The translations under genes and the position numbers were made by a program. Under the pieces are notes generated by a model, which saw only the letters and a list, made by a program, of their open reading frames with translations, was not told the origin of the DNA and did not search any database. A stretch of 64,000 nucleotides of DNA, taken from contig JAXJTE010000106.1 of the NCBI GenBank assembly GCA_036309765.1, forward strand, positions 27,703 through 91,702. The letters are read 5' to 3'. Below are positions 1 through 10,071 of this stretch, one piece after another. Within the stretch, counting starts at the first letter, position 1. Every line of letters begins with the position of its first letter. The DNA is from Caryophanon sp. Lineage in GTDB: Bacteria; Bacillota; Bacilli; Bacillales_A; Planococcaceae.

Positions 1-408
1 TCGCGCAAAGCTCATCACAAGAAACATCGTAACAATCGCACCAAACATGCTGAAAATCGGCAATGTAAATATGCCGAGCATCGGAACAGAAATGCCGAAG
101 AAAATCGTTGCGACTGCCCCAACTGATGCACCTGATGAAATACCGAGTGTGTACGGATCGGCTAGCGGATTTTTCAGCAGCCCTTGAAACGCTGCCCCAG
201 CAATCGCTAAACTTGCGCCAACAAGAGCGGCTAGCAGTACCCGTGGCATGCGAATTTGCCATAAAATATTGGCGGCCGTTTCGCTGACGCTCGGATTCCA
301 TAACACTTCAAGCGGAATGCGTACCGAGCCGATTGCAACGCCGAGCCACATCGTAATAATTAACGTAGCGAACGCAATCGTGTAGGCGAACACATATTTT
401 TTACTCAC
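1..408 (-). CDS. ABC transporter permease, FecCD/BtuC family (N-terminal part only; the gene runs off the window start)
   Basis: Reverse translation reads [94 protein letters not shown], typical of the N-terminal half of FecCD permeases. A GTG at 408-406 overlaps the TAA of the upstream binding-protein gene (GTGAGTAA). An ATG at 395-393 is an alternative start. Confidence 0.8.
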   Translation of the reverse strand, partial: MSKKYVFAYTIAFATLIITMWLGVAIGSVRIPLEVLWNPSVSETAANILWQIRMPRVLLAALVGASLAIAGAAFQGLLKNPLADPYTLGISSGASVGAVATIFFGISVPMLGIFTLPIFSMFGAIVTMFLVMSFAR

Positions 409-1354
409 TGAAAACCTCTGGGTGGATTGCTGTTGCCATTTCGAGTAAACCTTCTGCTAAACGTGGTGCTTGTCGACTTGTCGTATCTTCATTAATTTGG
501 ATGACAGCGTTATTTTTCACCGCGGCAATTGTATCAAAGCCTGGGCGCAGTGGCAGCGTCGTTAAAATGTCTGGCACGTAGCTGTATGACACTAAAATAA
601 CGTCTGGGTTTTGCGTAATGATTTCCTCTGAGCTAATTAAATACCAGCCTTCTTGTGTTGCTGCAACGTTTTCTGCTTTAATCATGTTAAGCATTTCGTC
701 CGTAAACGTATTTGAGCCTGGTGTGTAAATTTCTGGTGCATCTGAGTTTTCAACAAATACACGCTTTGGCTCCACATCCGCAAGCTTTTCTTGAATTTCC
801 GTCACTTGTGCTTTCATATCCGTTACGATTTCATCTGCTTTATCTGTCGTGTTCGTAATTTCTGCGATGTCATAAATCGTTTCATACGTATGCTCGAAGT
901 TTTTCGCATCTTCTACAACGTACACATCAATACCTGCTGCGCGCAGTTGCTCGATACCTGCTTCTGATACGCCCATTGCCGACTCATGTGAAAATACAAC
1001 GTCTGGCGTTAATGAAATAATTTTTTCAAAGTCAAATTCCATCGAGCCGATTTTTTCCTTCTCCACCGCTTCTGCTGGATAATCGTCAATGTCCGTTACC
1101 GCGATAATTTCCTCATTTAAACCAAGCTCAAACAAAATTTCGGTATTGCTCGGAATCATCGAAATGATACGTTCTGGCTCTTTGTCGATTGTAACTTCCA
1201 TGCCGCTTGCGTCCGTTACCGTTAATGGGTATGCGCCGTCTGTTTCCGTTCCGTTCGTTGCCTCGTTCGTCGTTTCCTCTTTGTCGCCACATGCCACTAA
1301 TGCTGCCGTTGCAAGTGCTGCTGTTACTGCTAGTTTCCATGATTTCATGTTCAT
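401..1354 (-). CDS. ABC transporter substrate-binding lipoprotein, periplasmic-binding-protein family 8 (BtuF-like; cobalamin or corrinoid, or Fe-siderophore type)
   Basis: 317 aa. Lipoprotein signal peptide with an LVAC lipobox, and an [19 protein letters not shown] motif typical of PF01497-type binding proteins. It sits directly downstream of a cobalamin riboswitch and upstream of a FecCD permease. Confidence 0.85.
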   Translation of the reverse strand: MNMKSWKLAVTAALATAALVACGDKEETTNEATNGTETDGAYPLTVTDASGMEVTIDKEPERIISMIPSNTEILFELGLNEEIIAVTDIDDYPAEAVEKEKIGSMEFDFEKIISLTPDVVFSHESAMGVSEAGIEQLRAAGIDVYVVEDAKNFEHTYETIYDIAEITNTTDKADEIVTDMKAQVTEIQEKLADVEPKRVFVENSDAPEIYTPGSNTFTDEMLNMIKAENVAATQEGWYLISSEEIITQNPDVILVSYSYVPDILTTLPLRPGFDTIAAVKNNAVIQINEDTTSRQAPRLAEGLLEMATAIHPEVFSE

Positions 1355-1439
1355 CCGCTCCTTTTGTGTAAATAAAAAGCCCGCCTTAGCAAAACGCTAA
1401 AACGAGCAAATGTATATGGTTGGTCGCCATACACACTCA

Positions 1440-1625
1440 TCCTCGTAAGTGGTTGCTAAAAAAATCAGCTAGGCAGGTCTCCTGACTTCTACGCCAATCA
1501 AACGCACCTTCCCGATTGCTCAGTGGTATGTCGCATTTGTGCTCGTAGTTACAGTGGCGGGACCGTGTCGGATTTTCACCGAGCTTCCCTTTTCATCCTT
1601 TTACGAAGGAACCTAGCTAATGTAT
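1440..1625 (-). promoter_or_regulatory. Cobalamin (B12) riboswitch controlling the btuF-like/permease operon
   Basis: The minus strand reads ...GGTTCCTTCGTAAAAGGATGAAAAGGGAAGCTCGGTGAAAATCCGACACGGTCCCGCCACTGTAA...GGGAAGGTGCG...GAAGTCAGGAGACCTGCCTAGC. This holds the conserved GGGAAG..GGTGAAAATCC..GTCCCGCCACTG core and the AGTCAGGAGACCTGCC B12-box region. A TATAAT sits on the minus strand at 1644-1639. Confidence 0.85.
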
Positions 1626-1751
1626 GCAATTGTGTTATATTATAGCGCATTTTTTTCGCTGCGCACGAACTTTTCGTGATTTTAGGAAATATTCGAAATA
1701 ATATATGATAGCGTTTACGTTCCAAATATGGCGATGCAGCGTATATCGCAA

Positions 1752-1790
1752 CAAAAAAAAGCTGCTCGAAAATTTCTTTCCGAGCAGCTC
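1752..1790 (-). terminator. Rho-independent terminator downstream of argS
   Basis: The minus strand has a GAGCTGCTCGG/CGAGCAGC stem followed by a T run (plus strand: A run at 1752-1760, stems at 1761-1768 and 1781-1788). Confidence 0.8.
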
Positions 1791-1800
1791 TGATCTATGA

Positions 1801-3468
1801 TTACATCTTCTCTGGCGCTGATACACCGATTAAGCGTAATGCGTTTGCGATTGTCGTTTGCACTGCTGTAATTAAGGCAAGACGAGCTTCTGTTAGCTCC
1901 TTGTTGTCTGCGTTAATTACTTTTTCTGCACCGTAGAAGCTGTGGAATGTTGCCGCAGTTTCTTGAATGTAGTTCGCAATGCGGTGTGGTGTGCGGTGTT
2001 TCGCCGCTTCTGCGATCATTTTCGGGAAGTCGCCCACTTTTTTCAGTACGTCGATTTCTTTTTCTGCTGTTAATAAGTCAAGGTTGTCAATTGATGCTGC
2101 GAACCCTTGCTCGTTTGCAGAACGTAAAATCGATGCGATACGTGCATGTGCATATTGCGCATAGTACACTGGGTTTTCGTTTGATTGTGATACCGCTAAA
2201 TCTAAGTCAAAGTCCATGTGTGAATCGCCCGCTGTTTTCACGAAGAAGTAGCGCACTGCGTCTAAGCCAACCATTTCCACTAATTCACGCATCGTTACAG
2301 CGTTACCTGTACGTTTTGACATTTTGAATTTCTCGCCGTTTTTGTACAGCTGTACCATTTGGATAATGTCGACTTCAAGCGTGCCGCGATTGTAGCCAAG
2401 TGCTTCGATTGCCGCTTTCATACGTGGAATGTAGCCGTGGTGATCAGCACCCCAAATGTTCACTAACTTATCAAAGCCACGTTGTAATTTGTCTTCGTGG
2501 TACGCGATGTCTGGCGTTAAGTACGTGAATGAACCGTCACCTTTAATTAATACGCGGTCTTTGTCGTCACCGAACGTTGTAGAGCGGAACCATGTCGCGC
2601 CCTCTTCTTCAAAAATGTGACCGTTCGCTTTTAATTTATCTAATGCCGCTTCGATTTTGCCGTTGCCGTATAAAGACGTTTCTGAATACCATACGTCAAA
2701 CTCTACGCGGAAGTTTTTTAAGTCGTTTTGTAGTTTCGCTAATTCTAAACGTAAGCCGTGCGCGCGGAAGAATGTGAAGCGATCTTCATCTGATTTGTCT
2801 AAAATAGCTGCGCCGAACTCTTCTTTTAGCTTGCCAGCGATTTCAACAATGTCTGCACCGTGGTAGCCGTCTTCTGGCATTTCTGCATCCATGCCTAACG
2901 CTTGCTTGTAACGCGCTTCTAATGAGTACGCTAAGTTGTTAATTTGGTTACCCGCATCGTTAATGTAATATTCGCGTGATACTGCATAGCCTGCTGCGTC
3001 TAATACGTTACATAAAGAATCGCCGACAGATGCGCCGCGTGCGTGACCTAAGTGTAAGTCACCAGTTGGGTTCGCTGATACGAACTCGACTTGTACTTTC
3101 TCACCTTGACCTGCTTCAGAGCGACCGTAATCTGCGCCTTGTGCAAGAACTGCTTTCACAACTTGTGTTAAGAAGTCTTTTTTCACTGTAATGTTCATGA
3201 AGCCAGGACCTGCGATGTCGATTTTCTCGATGTCTGTGCCTGCTGTGTCTAAGTTTTCAAGAATGGCTTCTGCGATTGCGCGTGGTGGCTTTTTCGCAAG
3301 TTTCGTTAACTGCATCGCAATGTTCGTTGCATAGTCGCCGTTTGCTTTATCCTTTGGTGATTCTAAATGAATGTTTAACTCTGTGCCAGCTTCTACTAGC
3401 TGTGCTTTTTCGACTGCGGCTGCAATTGCGGCTTTGATCGACTGTTGTACTTGCTCTACTGCGTTCAT
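1801..3468 (-). CDS. argS: Arginine--tRNA ligase
   Basis: 555 aa. Class I aaRS signatures are present ([19 protein letters not shown]-type motif and a KMSKR KMSKS-type motif). GGAGGA RBS. Preceded by a ywiB-like gene as in B. subtilis. Confidence 0.97.
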   Translation of the reverse strand: MNAVEQVQQSIKAAIAAAVEKAQLVEAGTELNIHLESPKDKANGDYATNIAMQLTKLAKKPPRAIAEAILENLDTAGTDIEKIDIAGPGFMNITVKKDFLTQVVKAVLAQGADYGRSEAGQGEKVQVEFVSANPTGDLHLGHARGASVGDSLCNVLDAAGYAVSREYYINDAGNQINNLAYSLEARYKQALGMDAEMPEDGYHGADIVEIAGKLKEEFGAAILDKSDEDRFTFFRAHGLRLELAKLQNDLKNFRVEFDVWYSETSLYGNGKIEAALDKLKANGHIFEEEGATWFRSTTFGDDKDRVLIKGDGSFTYLTPDIAYHEDKLQRGFDKLVNIWGADHHGYIPRMKAAIEALGYNRGTLEVDIIQMVQLYKNGEKFKMSKRTGNAVTMRELVEMVGLDAVRYFFVKTAGDSHMDFDLDLAVSQSNENPVYYAQYAHARIASILRSANEQGFAASIDNLDLLTAEKEIDVLKKVGDFPKMIAEAAKHRTPHRIANYIQETAATFHSFYGAEKVINADNKELTEARLALITAVQTTIANALRLIGVSAPEKM

Positions 3469-3470
3469 GT

Positions 3471-3902
3471 TTATTCCTCCGTAAAAGTTAGTTTTAACGT
3501 ATATGTGCCAGCTAATTGTCCACCAACATGCAGTGCATATTCAGTTTCAAATTGGCTTTGCTGTTCAGTTTCAGTTGTATAGTGAAGATGTGCTGTATCA
3601 ATCCATAAAGGTAGTGAACCGACCTCGCTTCTATAATGCCCTGTTTCACGCTGCGTTACGTTTAACGGCAAGCGCATATCGACAGCGCCTTTACGCATAA
3701 TGAATGATTGGTCTTGTGCTAGCTTAATCGTCGTCTTAATCGATTGTGATTCGTGTTCTTCTGTGTAGCGTAAATATTTCGTACCATTTTTTTCGACGAT
3801 GTGCCCATCTAACCACATTTCGACACTTTCCGTCTCACCTTCAGCATAAGAAATCGCCGATGTTAGCCGAATATTGACACGCTTTCCGATGTCGCTTTTC
3901 AA
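3471..3902 (-). CDS. DUF1934 family protein (YwiB-like)
   Basis: 143 aa with a TTG start 5 nt after GGAGGGG. Its stop lies 2 nt before the argS start. Size and position match B. subtilis ywiB-argS. Confidence 0.75.
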   Translation of the reverse strand: MKSDIGKRVNIRLTSAISYAEGETESVEMWLDGHIVEKNGTKYLRYTEEHESQSIKTTIKLAQDQSFIMRKGAVDMRLPLNVTQRETGHYRSEVGSLPLWIDTAHLHYTTETEQQSQFETEYALHVGGQLAGTYTLKLTFTEE

Positions 3903-3962
3903 TGGAACCCCTCCAACGCTTTTTCTATAACCTTCTTATTATAGGACGAAATTTTCATCGAT

Positions 3963-4622
3963 TCAAGCAAAGTTGTGTTTTGCTCTCTTTTTATATGCTA
4001 CGAGCCAATCGTCACCGCTTCGTTCCATCGACACGCCGAAATAGCCGTCGCGCAGAAGCTGCTGCTGTGCTTCCGTGTCACCCATGTCGACAACAACCGC
4101 TTCGTCGCCCCACGCCGCTTCTTCCACGAGCGATTTCGCAAATACATACCGGAGCTTGCCACCGTATTTTAATTTTAGTGCCGCGACATGCATATGTTGT
4201 GCGAATTTATCCTTTAAGCTTGCGATGTTAAACGGCATCACTGTCGCACACACAACTTTGTGCTTGTTTGTATCGACGTACTGCATAATATGCTGTGCCA
4301 TTTGCTGCTGCAATCCCTGTCCGCGGTGGTCTGGATGCACGTTTGAAATTTCTTGGTACAGCACTTCCTCTAAATGGTCGTGCCCAATGTCGCGCCCTAA
4401 ATGCTCGTCATCAATCGGTGGCTCTAGCAGCGCACGAAACGCGATAAGCTGCTCGCCTGTAAACAAGCCAATCATGACGCCGTTACCTTCTAAAATAAAG
4501 CGCAGCTCCGACTCATCAAGCGGCTGTAAAATGGCTTTATCAGGCAGTGCGTCAATGACTTGCTGCTGAAGCGTTTGAAGCTGTGGAATGTGCGCGAGCG
4601 TTAATTGTTGAACGGTATACAT
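3963..4622 (-). CDS. GNAT family N-acetyltransferase
   Basis: 219 aa with an acetyl-CoA-binding-type motif, VHPDHRGQGLQQQMAQH (Q/RxxGxG/A). Its ATG immediately follows the TAA of the upstream epimerase gene. Confidence 0.7.
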   Translation of the reverse strand: MYTVQQLTLAHIPQLQTLQQQVIDALPDKAILQPLDESELRFILEGNGVMIGLFTGEQLIAFRALLEPPIDDEHLGRDIGHDHLEEVLYQEISNVHPDHRGQGLQQQMAQHIMQYVDTNKHKVVCATVMPFNIASLKDKFAQHMHVAALKLKYGGKLRYVFAKSLVEEAAWGDEAVVVDMGDTEAQQQLLRDGYFGVSMERSGDDWLVAYKKRAKHNFA

Positions 4623-5732
4623 TTAGCTCACCACAACGCTTTCTTCTGTCAGTTCCGCTAAAATAGCCTCGTCAACGTCAACGCCTAGCCCCGCGCGTTC
4701 CGTTAATTGAATAAACGGCACGTCGTAATGAAGATTACCGATGTCTTTTGAAAACTTCAGTGGTCCTGTTAGCTCAACGCTCGTAAATGCTTTGTTCGAA
4801 AACGCTACATGGAAGCCTGCTGCTGAACCGACTGACGACTCCACCATCGAGCCAATTTGACATTCGATGCCTGCCATTTGTGCCATATGTGCAAGCTTCA
4901 TTGCAGGGTACATACCACCGCATTTCATCAGCTTAATGTTCACTTTGTCTGCCGCGTTTTTCGCAATAATTTCGCGCATGTCACGTACGCCGCGCAGTCC
5001 TTCATCAATCATCAGTGGAATCGTCGTCTTCGCCTTAATTGCTACCATCGCGTCAATGTCGTCTGCTTTTACCGGTTGCTCTAGCCAGTCGATGTTTAGC
5101 TGCTCTAGCTGGCGCACTGCCTGTAACGTGTTTGCCGCGTTTACCCAGCCTTGGTTCACGTCAACGCGAATTGCAATCGCTTCACCAACACGCTCACGCA
5201 CTGCTCGAATGCGCGCGACGTCACTTGCTACGTCACGACCGACTTTCATTTTAAATGACGTGTAGCCCAGATCGACGCGACGAGCTGCTTCGTCCGCCAT
5301 CGCTTCAGGTGTTGCAATGCTTAGTACGTGCGTAATCGGGAATTTTTCGTGATAGCGTCCGCCTGTAAGCTGATACGCAGGAACGCCAAGCTTTTTGCCG
5401 ACTGCATCGAAACACGCAATGTCGATCGCTGCCTTCGCTGCTGGCACGCCGTAAACTGCTGCGTCCATTTTTTCGTGCAGTGCCTCAAAGTTCATCGCGT
5501 TCTCGCCAATGACAGCTGGTGCTAAATGATGCTTCAATACAGCGAACGTGCCTTCTAACGTTTCGCCTGTTACATGCTCGTCTGGAACTGCCTCGCCCCA
5601 GCCGACGATGCCGCACGTCGTTGTCAGCTTCGTAATGATTGATGGCATGTTCGGGTACGTCGCGTAGCTCACGACGAACGGTTCGATGAGTGGTAGTTCG
5701 ATTTTGAAAATTTCAATGGATTGGATGATCAT
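4623..5732 (-). CDS. Enolase-superfamily enzyme, dipeptide epimerase (L-Ala-D/L-Glu epimerase-like) / MLE subgroup
   Basis: KxK motif FKMKVG. Metal-ligand-type positions RVDVNQGW, DWLEQP and MIDEGL. Second general-base region NIKLMKCGG. Start chosen at the ATG at 5732, 8 nt after AAGGAG (the ORF track starts 15 codons earlier). Confidence 0.75.
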   Translation of the reverse strand: MIIQSIEIFKIELPLIEPFVVSYATYPNMPSIITKLTTTCGIVGWGEAVPDEHVTGETLEGTFAVLKHHLAPAVIGENAMNFEALHEKMDAAVYGVPAAKAAIDIACFDAVGKKLGVPAYQLTGGRYHEKFPITHVLSIATPEAMADEAARRVDLGYTSFKMKVGRDVASDVARIRAVRERVGEAIAIRVDVNQGWVNAANTLQAVRQLEQLNIDWLEQPVKADDIDAMVAIKAKTTIPLMIDEGLRGVRDMREIIAKNAADKVNIKLMKCGGMYPAMKLAHMAQMAGIECQIGSMVESSVGSAAGFHVAFSNKAFTSVELTGPLKFSKDIGNLHYDVPFIQLTERAGLGVDVDEAILAELTEESVVVS

Positions 5733-5787
5733 ATATAAAACTCCTTGTATGTTAGTCTCGTTGTCATATTTGTTCATTATACAACGA

Positions 5788-5832
5788 AAAAGCTGTGCTG
5801 AATGTCGATTTTGACTTTCAGCACAGCTTCAT
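5788..5832 (-). terminator. Rho-independent terminator (speB transcript end)
   Basis: AAGCTGTGCTGAA...TTCAGCACAGCTT perfect 13-bp stem followed by TTTTTCG on the minus strand. Confidence 0.8.
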
Positions 5833-5858
5833 TAAATTTTTATTTTATACGTAATAAT

Positions 5859-5990
5859 GCGTGAGCGTGTAGCGGCGAGACTCCTTGGGGAATAGCCCGA
5901 GCCTCGAGACCCCGCAGTCGTGAGGCACGAACGACGAGGAGGCTTGAGCCGGGCCCCAGGAACGCGAGCCGCAAAACACGCTCATAACAC
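5859..5990. repeat. Palindromic intergenic repeat, copy A (GGCGAGACTCC..GAGACCCCGCAG..GAGGAGGCTTGAGCC family)
   Basis: Terminal inverted repeat GTGAGCGTGT (5861-5870) / ACACGCTCAT (5977-5986). The internal core is shared with the copies at 18361, 36730 and 37228. It lies between the speB stop and its terminator. Confidence 0.8.
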
Positions 5991-5996
5991 AAATAA

Positions 5997-6869
5997 TTAC
6001 TTAATCCAACCGAGCATCATTTCACGTAGGAACTTCGCTGCGGCGTTTGCCGTCATTTCTGAATGGTCGTATACTGGACATACTTCCACTAAGTCAAAGC
6101 CGACAACGTTTACATCTGAGCCTGCGATCGCATGAATCGATGCAAGTAGCTCTTTTGACGTAATACCGCCTGCGTCTACTGTGCCTGTACCTGGTGCGTG
6201 TGCTGGGTCTAATACGTCAATATCAATCGTTACATAAACAGGACGACCTGCTAATGTTGGTAGTACTTTTTTCAGTGGCTCTAGCACTTCAAATAATGAA
6301 ATGTGCATGCCGTTTTCCTTCGCCCATTCCAGCTCTTCTTTTAAGCCAGAGCGAATGCCGAATGAATACACGTTATGCGGTCCGATACGGTCAGCAATTT
6401 TACGAATTGGTGTTGCGTGTGAATATTGCTCACCTTCGTAATCTGTACGTAAATCCGTGTGCGCGTCAAAGTGGATGACCGCCATTTCTGGATGCTTTTC
6501 GTACACCGCTTCCATGACTGGTAATGACACTAAATGCTCGCCACCCATGCCGATTGGTACTTTACCATCTGCGACAACTTGGCGCACGAACGTCTTAATT
6601 TCTTCAAGCGATTTGCCGGGGTTACCAAATGGTAGTGGAATGTCGCCTGCATCAAATACTTTTACGTCTTCTAAATGACGGTCTAAGTAGAAGCTGTATT
6701 CCTCTAAACCGATTGATACTTCGCGAATACGTGCTGGTGCGAAGCGTGAGCCTGGACGATAGCTTACTGTCCAGTCCATTGGCATGCCGTATAATACAGC
6801 CTTTGCATCCTCATACGTTGGATGGCTTTTAATAAATACATTGCCTGCATATGTTTCATCAAAACGCAT
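5997..6869 (-). CDS. speB: Agmatinase (arginase/ureohydrolase family)
   Basis: 290 aa with ureohydrolase Mn-binding motifs (HFDAHTDL, DIDVLDP, GGEH). AGGTGA RBS. Confidence 0.9.
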   Translation of the reverse strand: MRFDETYAGNVFIKSHPTYEDAKAVLYGMPMDWTVSYRPGSRFAPARIREVSIGLEEYSFYLDRHLEDVKVFDAGDIPLPFGNPGKSLEEIKTFVRQVVADGKVPIGMGGEHLVSLPVMEAVYEKHPEMAVIHFDAHTDLRTDYEGEQYSHATPIRKIADRIGPHNVYSFGIRSGLKEELEWAKENGMHISLFEVLEPLKKVLPTLAGRPVYVTIDIDVLDPAHAPGTGTVDAGGITSKELLASIHAIAGSDVNVVGFDLVEVCPVYDHSEMTANAAAKFLREMMLGWIK

Positions 6870-7113
6870 AATCTATTCACCTACTATTTATATTTCGTAT
6901 TCGCCAAGCAAAATGCTTTATCGAAACGATGCTTTCCTTTATACTACCTTACTTAATCGTAATGTTGGTGCGCGAAACTTTTTTTCAAAACAACGCGTAT
7001 AACTTAAGCAGTACAAAAAAAGTATAGTGGTTTTATGTGAAAGTTCAATAGCTGTATGTGAACTTTTCGAAATTTACAAATATATTCGCAACAACAATAA
7101 TGAGGTGATGAAC

Positions 7114-9204
7114 ATGGACGAGCGCAAAGTCGACAATAGCGCAACGCCCGAACAACGCGACGAAGCAGCACAACAGCCCGCCTCACGTGTGAAAAAACGA
7201 AAATCGAAACGTCGATACCGCATTGCGATGGTGTTCGGTGTATTGGCGATCATCATAATTAGCGCACTCATTTCGCTGCGCATTTACGCACAAATTGCAG
7301 GTGCACCACCGCTTACGGTACAAAAAGCGACGGTGTTTTTAAATGCGGAAGGCGAACAAATCGGTGACCATTACGTTAGCGAACGCCGCTACTGGGTCAC
7401 GCTTGACGACATTTCACCGCACGTCGTCAACGCAACCATTTCCGTTGAGGATCAAGACTTTTACTCGCATAGCGGCTTTAACGTCAAACGTATTGGCGCA
7501 GCCGTCATCGCGAACGTGCAAGCAGGTGGTAAAGCACAAGGCGCCAGTACATTGACGCAGCAATATGCGCGAAACTTATATTTAACGCACGAAAAAACGT
7601 GGACGCGCAAATTGAACGAAGCGCTCTATGCGTATCGCTTAGAAGTATTTTATTCAAAAGATGAAATTTTAGAAGGCTATTTAAATACGGTGTACTACGG
7701 TCACGGCATGTACGGCATTGAAGCGGCGAGCCGTTTTTATTACGGTAAATCCGCAAGCGAACTGACACTAGCAGAAAGCGCGCTGCTTGCCGGTATTCCG
7801 AAAGGGCCGACGTATTACTCACCTGTCGTCAACTTACAAAAGGCGACAACTCGTCAACACGTCATTTTAACGCTTATGCATGACGAAGGTTACATTACAG
7901 CTGACGAACAAGCAGCCGCCGTTGCAACAAAGCTGACATTCACAAACAATGAATGGAAAACGGCGAACTCACAAGCACCGTACTTTTTAGATACAGCATG
8001 GTTGGAAGCGAGCGCCATTTTAGAAGATGTCGGACGCAACATTGACACAGGCGGCTGGGAAATTCAAACGACGCTCAAAAAACAGCACCAGCAAGCAGCT
8101 GAAAACGCCATTCGCGATCAAATGCCAAAAACGAGCTTGCAAGCGGCACTCGTTAGCATCGAGCAGCAAACAGGCTACATTACAGCACTCGTTGGCGGAC
8201 GGAACTACGTAGACAGCAATTTCAACCGCGTAACGCAGGCGAAACGTCAGCCTGGCTCGACGATGAAGCCGCTTCTGTACGCCGCCGCATTACAAAAAGG
8301 CTACAGCCCGCTAACATTTGTCGACGTATCGCAAACGACGCTGAAATACGACGGTAAGGAATATACGCCAAAAAATATTAATGGTCAGTACGGCGACGAC
8401 ATTACGATGGCTCAAGCAGTTGCGATTTCTGATAACGTGTACGCCGTTAACACGCTCGAAGATATTGGCTACAAAACATTTCAGCGCCTGCTCGACGATG
8501 TGAAGCTCGGCGTCGAAATTAAACATGTGCCATCGTCCGCGCTCGGTGCGACGAACGTGACGCTACACAACATGACGAGGGCGTACGCTATTTTCGCTAA
8601 TGAAGGAAACGAAGTACAACCGACAACAATTTTAAAAATTACAGATGAGCGTGGCAACATTTTATACGATGCGACAGCGAAAAAAGTCGAGCGCAAACGT
8701 CTCGTACCAAAGGAAGATGCGTTTTTATTAACACAGATGATGCGCGGCATGTTCGACCAATCGTTCAACACGTATTTATACGCAACCGGTACATCCCTTC
8801 GCAACAAGCTGACACATCCATATGCCGCAAAATCAGGTACAACCGACACCGACCAATGGATGATTGGCTACTCACCGGTCGTGACAGCAGGTGTGTGGAA
8901 CGGTTTTGATGAAGGCGTACTCGACGTCGATGCAGATAACGCCGCCGCAAAAGAAGTGTGGGCACAGTTTATGGAAAGTGTGCACGCCGGACAAAACGTT
9001 ACGTTCAAAGAGCCTTCTGGTGTCACGGCGGTCGAAGTCGAGCTAAAAAGCGGCAATCTCGCAACGGAATATTGCACAGGCACAACCGCAACGATTTACG
9101 TAGCAGACGACGATATGCCAAGTGATTCATGTGGCCCGATTGATAAATATACCGAGCCTGATACGTATAAAAACTGGTGGGATTGGTTGAATATTTTTAA
9201 CTAG
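7114..9204 (+). CDS. Class A penicillin-binding protein (glycosyltransferase GT51 + transpeptidase), PbpG/PBP2D-like
   Basis: GT51 motif SVEDQDFYSHSG. Transpeptidase motifs STMKP (SxxK), SDN (SxN) and KSGTT (KTG-type). N-terminal basic region plus one TM segment. Start chosen at the ATG at 7114, 7 nt after GAGGTG (the ORF track begins at 7027). Confidence 0.9.
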   Translation: MDERKVDNSATPEQRDEAAQQPASRVKKRKSKRRYRIAMVFGVLAIIIISALISLRIYAQIAGAPPLTVQKATVFLNAEGEQIGDHYVSERRYWVTLDDISPHVVNATISVEDQDFYSHSGFNVKRIGAAVIANVQAGGKAQGASTLTQQYARNLYLTHEKTWTRKLNEALYAYRLEVFYSKDEILEGYLNTVYYGHGMYGIEAASRFYYGKSASELTLAESALLAGIPKGPTYYSPVVNLQKATTRQHVILTLMHDEGYITADEQAAAVATKLTFTNNEWKTANSQAPYFLDTAWLEASAILEDVGRNIDTGGWEIQTTLKKQHQQAAENAIRDQMPKTSLQAALVSIEQQTGYITALVGGRNYVDSNFNRVTQAKRQPGSTMKPLLYAAALQKGYSPLTFVDVSQTTLKYDGKEYTPKNINGQYGDDITMAQAVAISDNVYAVNTLEDIGYKTFQRLLDDVKLGVEIKHVPSSALGATNVTLHNMTRAYAIFANEGNEVQPTTILKITDERGNILYDATAKKVERKRLVPKEDAFLLTQMMRGMFDQSFNTYLYATGTSLRNKLTHPYAAKSGTTDTDQWMIGYSPVVTAGVWNGFDEGVLDVDADNAAAKEVWAQFMESVHAGQNVTFKEPSGVTAVEVELKSGNLATEYCTGTTATIYVADDDMPSDSCGPIDKYTEPDTYKNWWDWLNIFN

Positions 9205-9237
9205 CATTTTTTCGTCATTTTTTATTTCGACCTACGC

Positions 9238-9275
9238 AAAAAAGCCGCCCGAATAACACATTCGGACGGCCTTTT
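9238..9275. terminator. Bidirectional hairpin terminator between the PBP gene and the ywhD-like gene
   Basis: AAAAAGCCGCCCGAATAACACATTCGGACGGCCTTTTT: GC-rich stem flanked by an A run and a T run. Confidence 0.8.
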
Positions 9276-9277
9276 TG

Positions 9278-9796
9278 CTATTGTACTGCTAACCCTTTAT
9301 GCAGCTCTTCACTGCTACGATCCCACACTGTTTTATCATGCGATTGTAAAAATTCCGCTAACACGCGCTTCGATACGTCGTCCATGTTATCGACCATAAT
9401 TTTGCGCTTCATCGACTTGTCCATGCGGTTGACGTGGTCCGCTAAAATTTTGTAGCCGCGGCGTTTTTCGCGGTTCACGACCATTTCACACGCCGTCACT
9501 CCAGCAAAGTACGCGCCCTCTGGCATTTGCTCAATCGTTACCCATACGAGCCAGTACGGTTTGCCGCCTTCTGAATCTTCGCGGTTCATCGTAAACTTAA
9601 TGCCGCGCTCAACGTCGCTACGTGCATGCATCGCGCCGATATCAACGAACGCGCGCTCTTCCTCTACATCAATGATGACTGGGCTAATGTTTTCAAGCGA
9701 CAACGAGCCGATGCCAAACCCTTTATGCCCGTCTGTTGGGTCGTTTTTAATAATCGTAAAGCCTAATTTTTGTTTTGGTTTTTCTTCGTTCGTCAT
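9278..9796 (-). CDS. YwhD family protein (unknown function)
   Basis: 172 aa, the same size and neighbourhood (next to the pbpG-like gene and the ywhB-like tautomerase) as B. subtilis ywhD. GGAGG RBS. Confidence 0.75.
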   Translation of the reverse strand: MTNEEKPKQKLGFTIIKNDPTDGHKGFGIGSLSLENISPVIIDVEEERAFVDIGAMHARSDVERGIKFTMNREDSEGGKPYWLVWVTIEQMPEGAYFAGVTACEMVVNREKRRGYKILADHVNRMDKSMKRKIMVDNMDDVSKRVLAEFLQSHDKTVWDRSSEELHKGLAVQ

Positions 9797-9864
9797 ATGA
9801 AAATACCTCCGTATACGCTATTATAAATACTATACACTATAATTCTACTTTGGAGGTATCATCA

Positions 9865-10050
9865 ATGCCAATCGTAACAGTAAAAATGCTAGAAGGTCGT
9901 ACAGATGATCAAAAACGCGCGTTAGTTGAAGAAGTAACAGCAGCGATTTCAAACTCACTTAGCACACCAAAAGAAAGTGTAACTATCATCTTAGAAGAAA
10001 TGCAAAAAAACCACTTCGCAAAAGCAGGTGTACGTGAAAGCGATAAGTAA
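9865..10050 (+). CDS. 4-oxalocrotonate tautomerase family enzyme (YwhB-like)
   Basis: 61 aa beginning MPIVTVKMLEGRTDDQKRALV (catalytic Pro-1 signature). GGAGG RBS 5 nt upstream. The ORF-track start at 9775 is rejected. Confidence 0.85.
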   Translation: MPIVTVKMLEGRTDDQKRALVEEVTAAISNSLSTPKESVTIILEEMQKNHFAKAGVRESDK

Positions 10051-10071
10051 TCGTCGCCTAACGTAAATACG

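Noticed and set aside
1089-1400. ORF-track entries antisense to or nested in strongly supported genes (for example 1089-1400, 1947-2327, 4075-4569, 4867-5265, 8481-8849, 29375-29833, 38365-38637, 39426-39794, 43508-44095, 55066-55521, 61048-62124).
   Set aside because: They lie entirely within genes that have clear family motifs on the other strand or frame. They have Ser/Arg/Leu/Cys-rich low-complexity translations typical of shadow ORFs and lack RBSs.
1635-1826. 63-aa minus-strand ORF between the riboswitch and argS.
   Set aside because: It spans the argS stop and terminator and the riboswitch promoter region. It has no RBS and an implausible composition.
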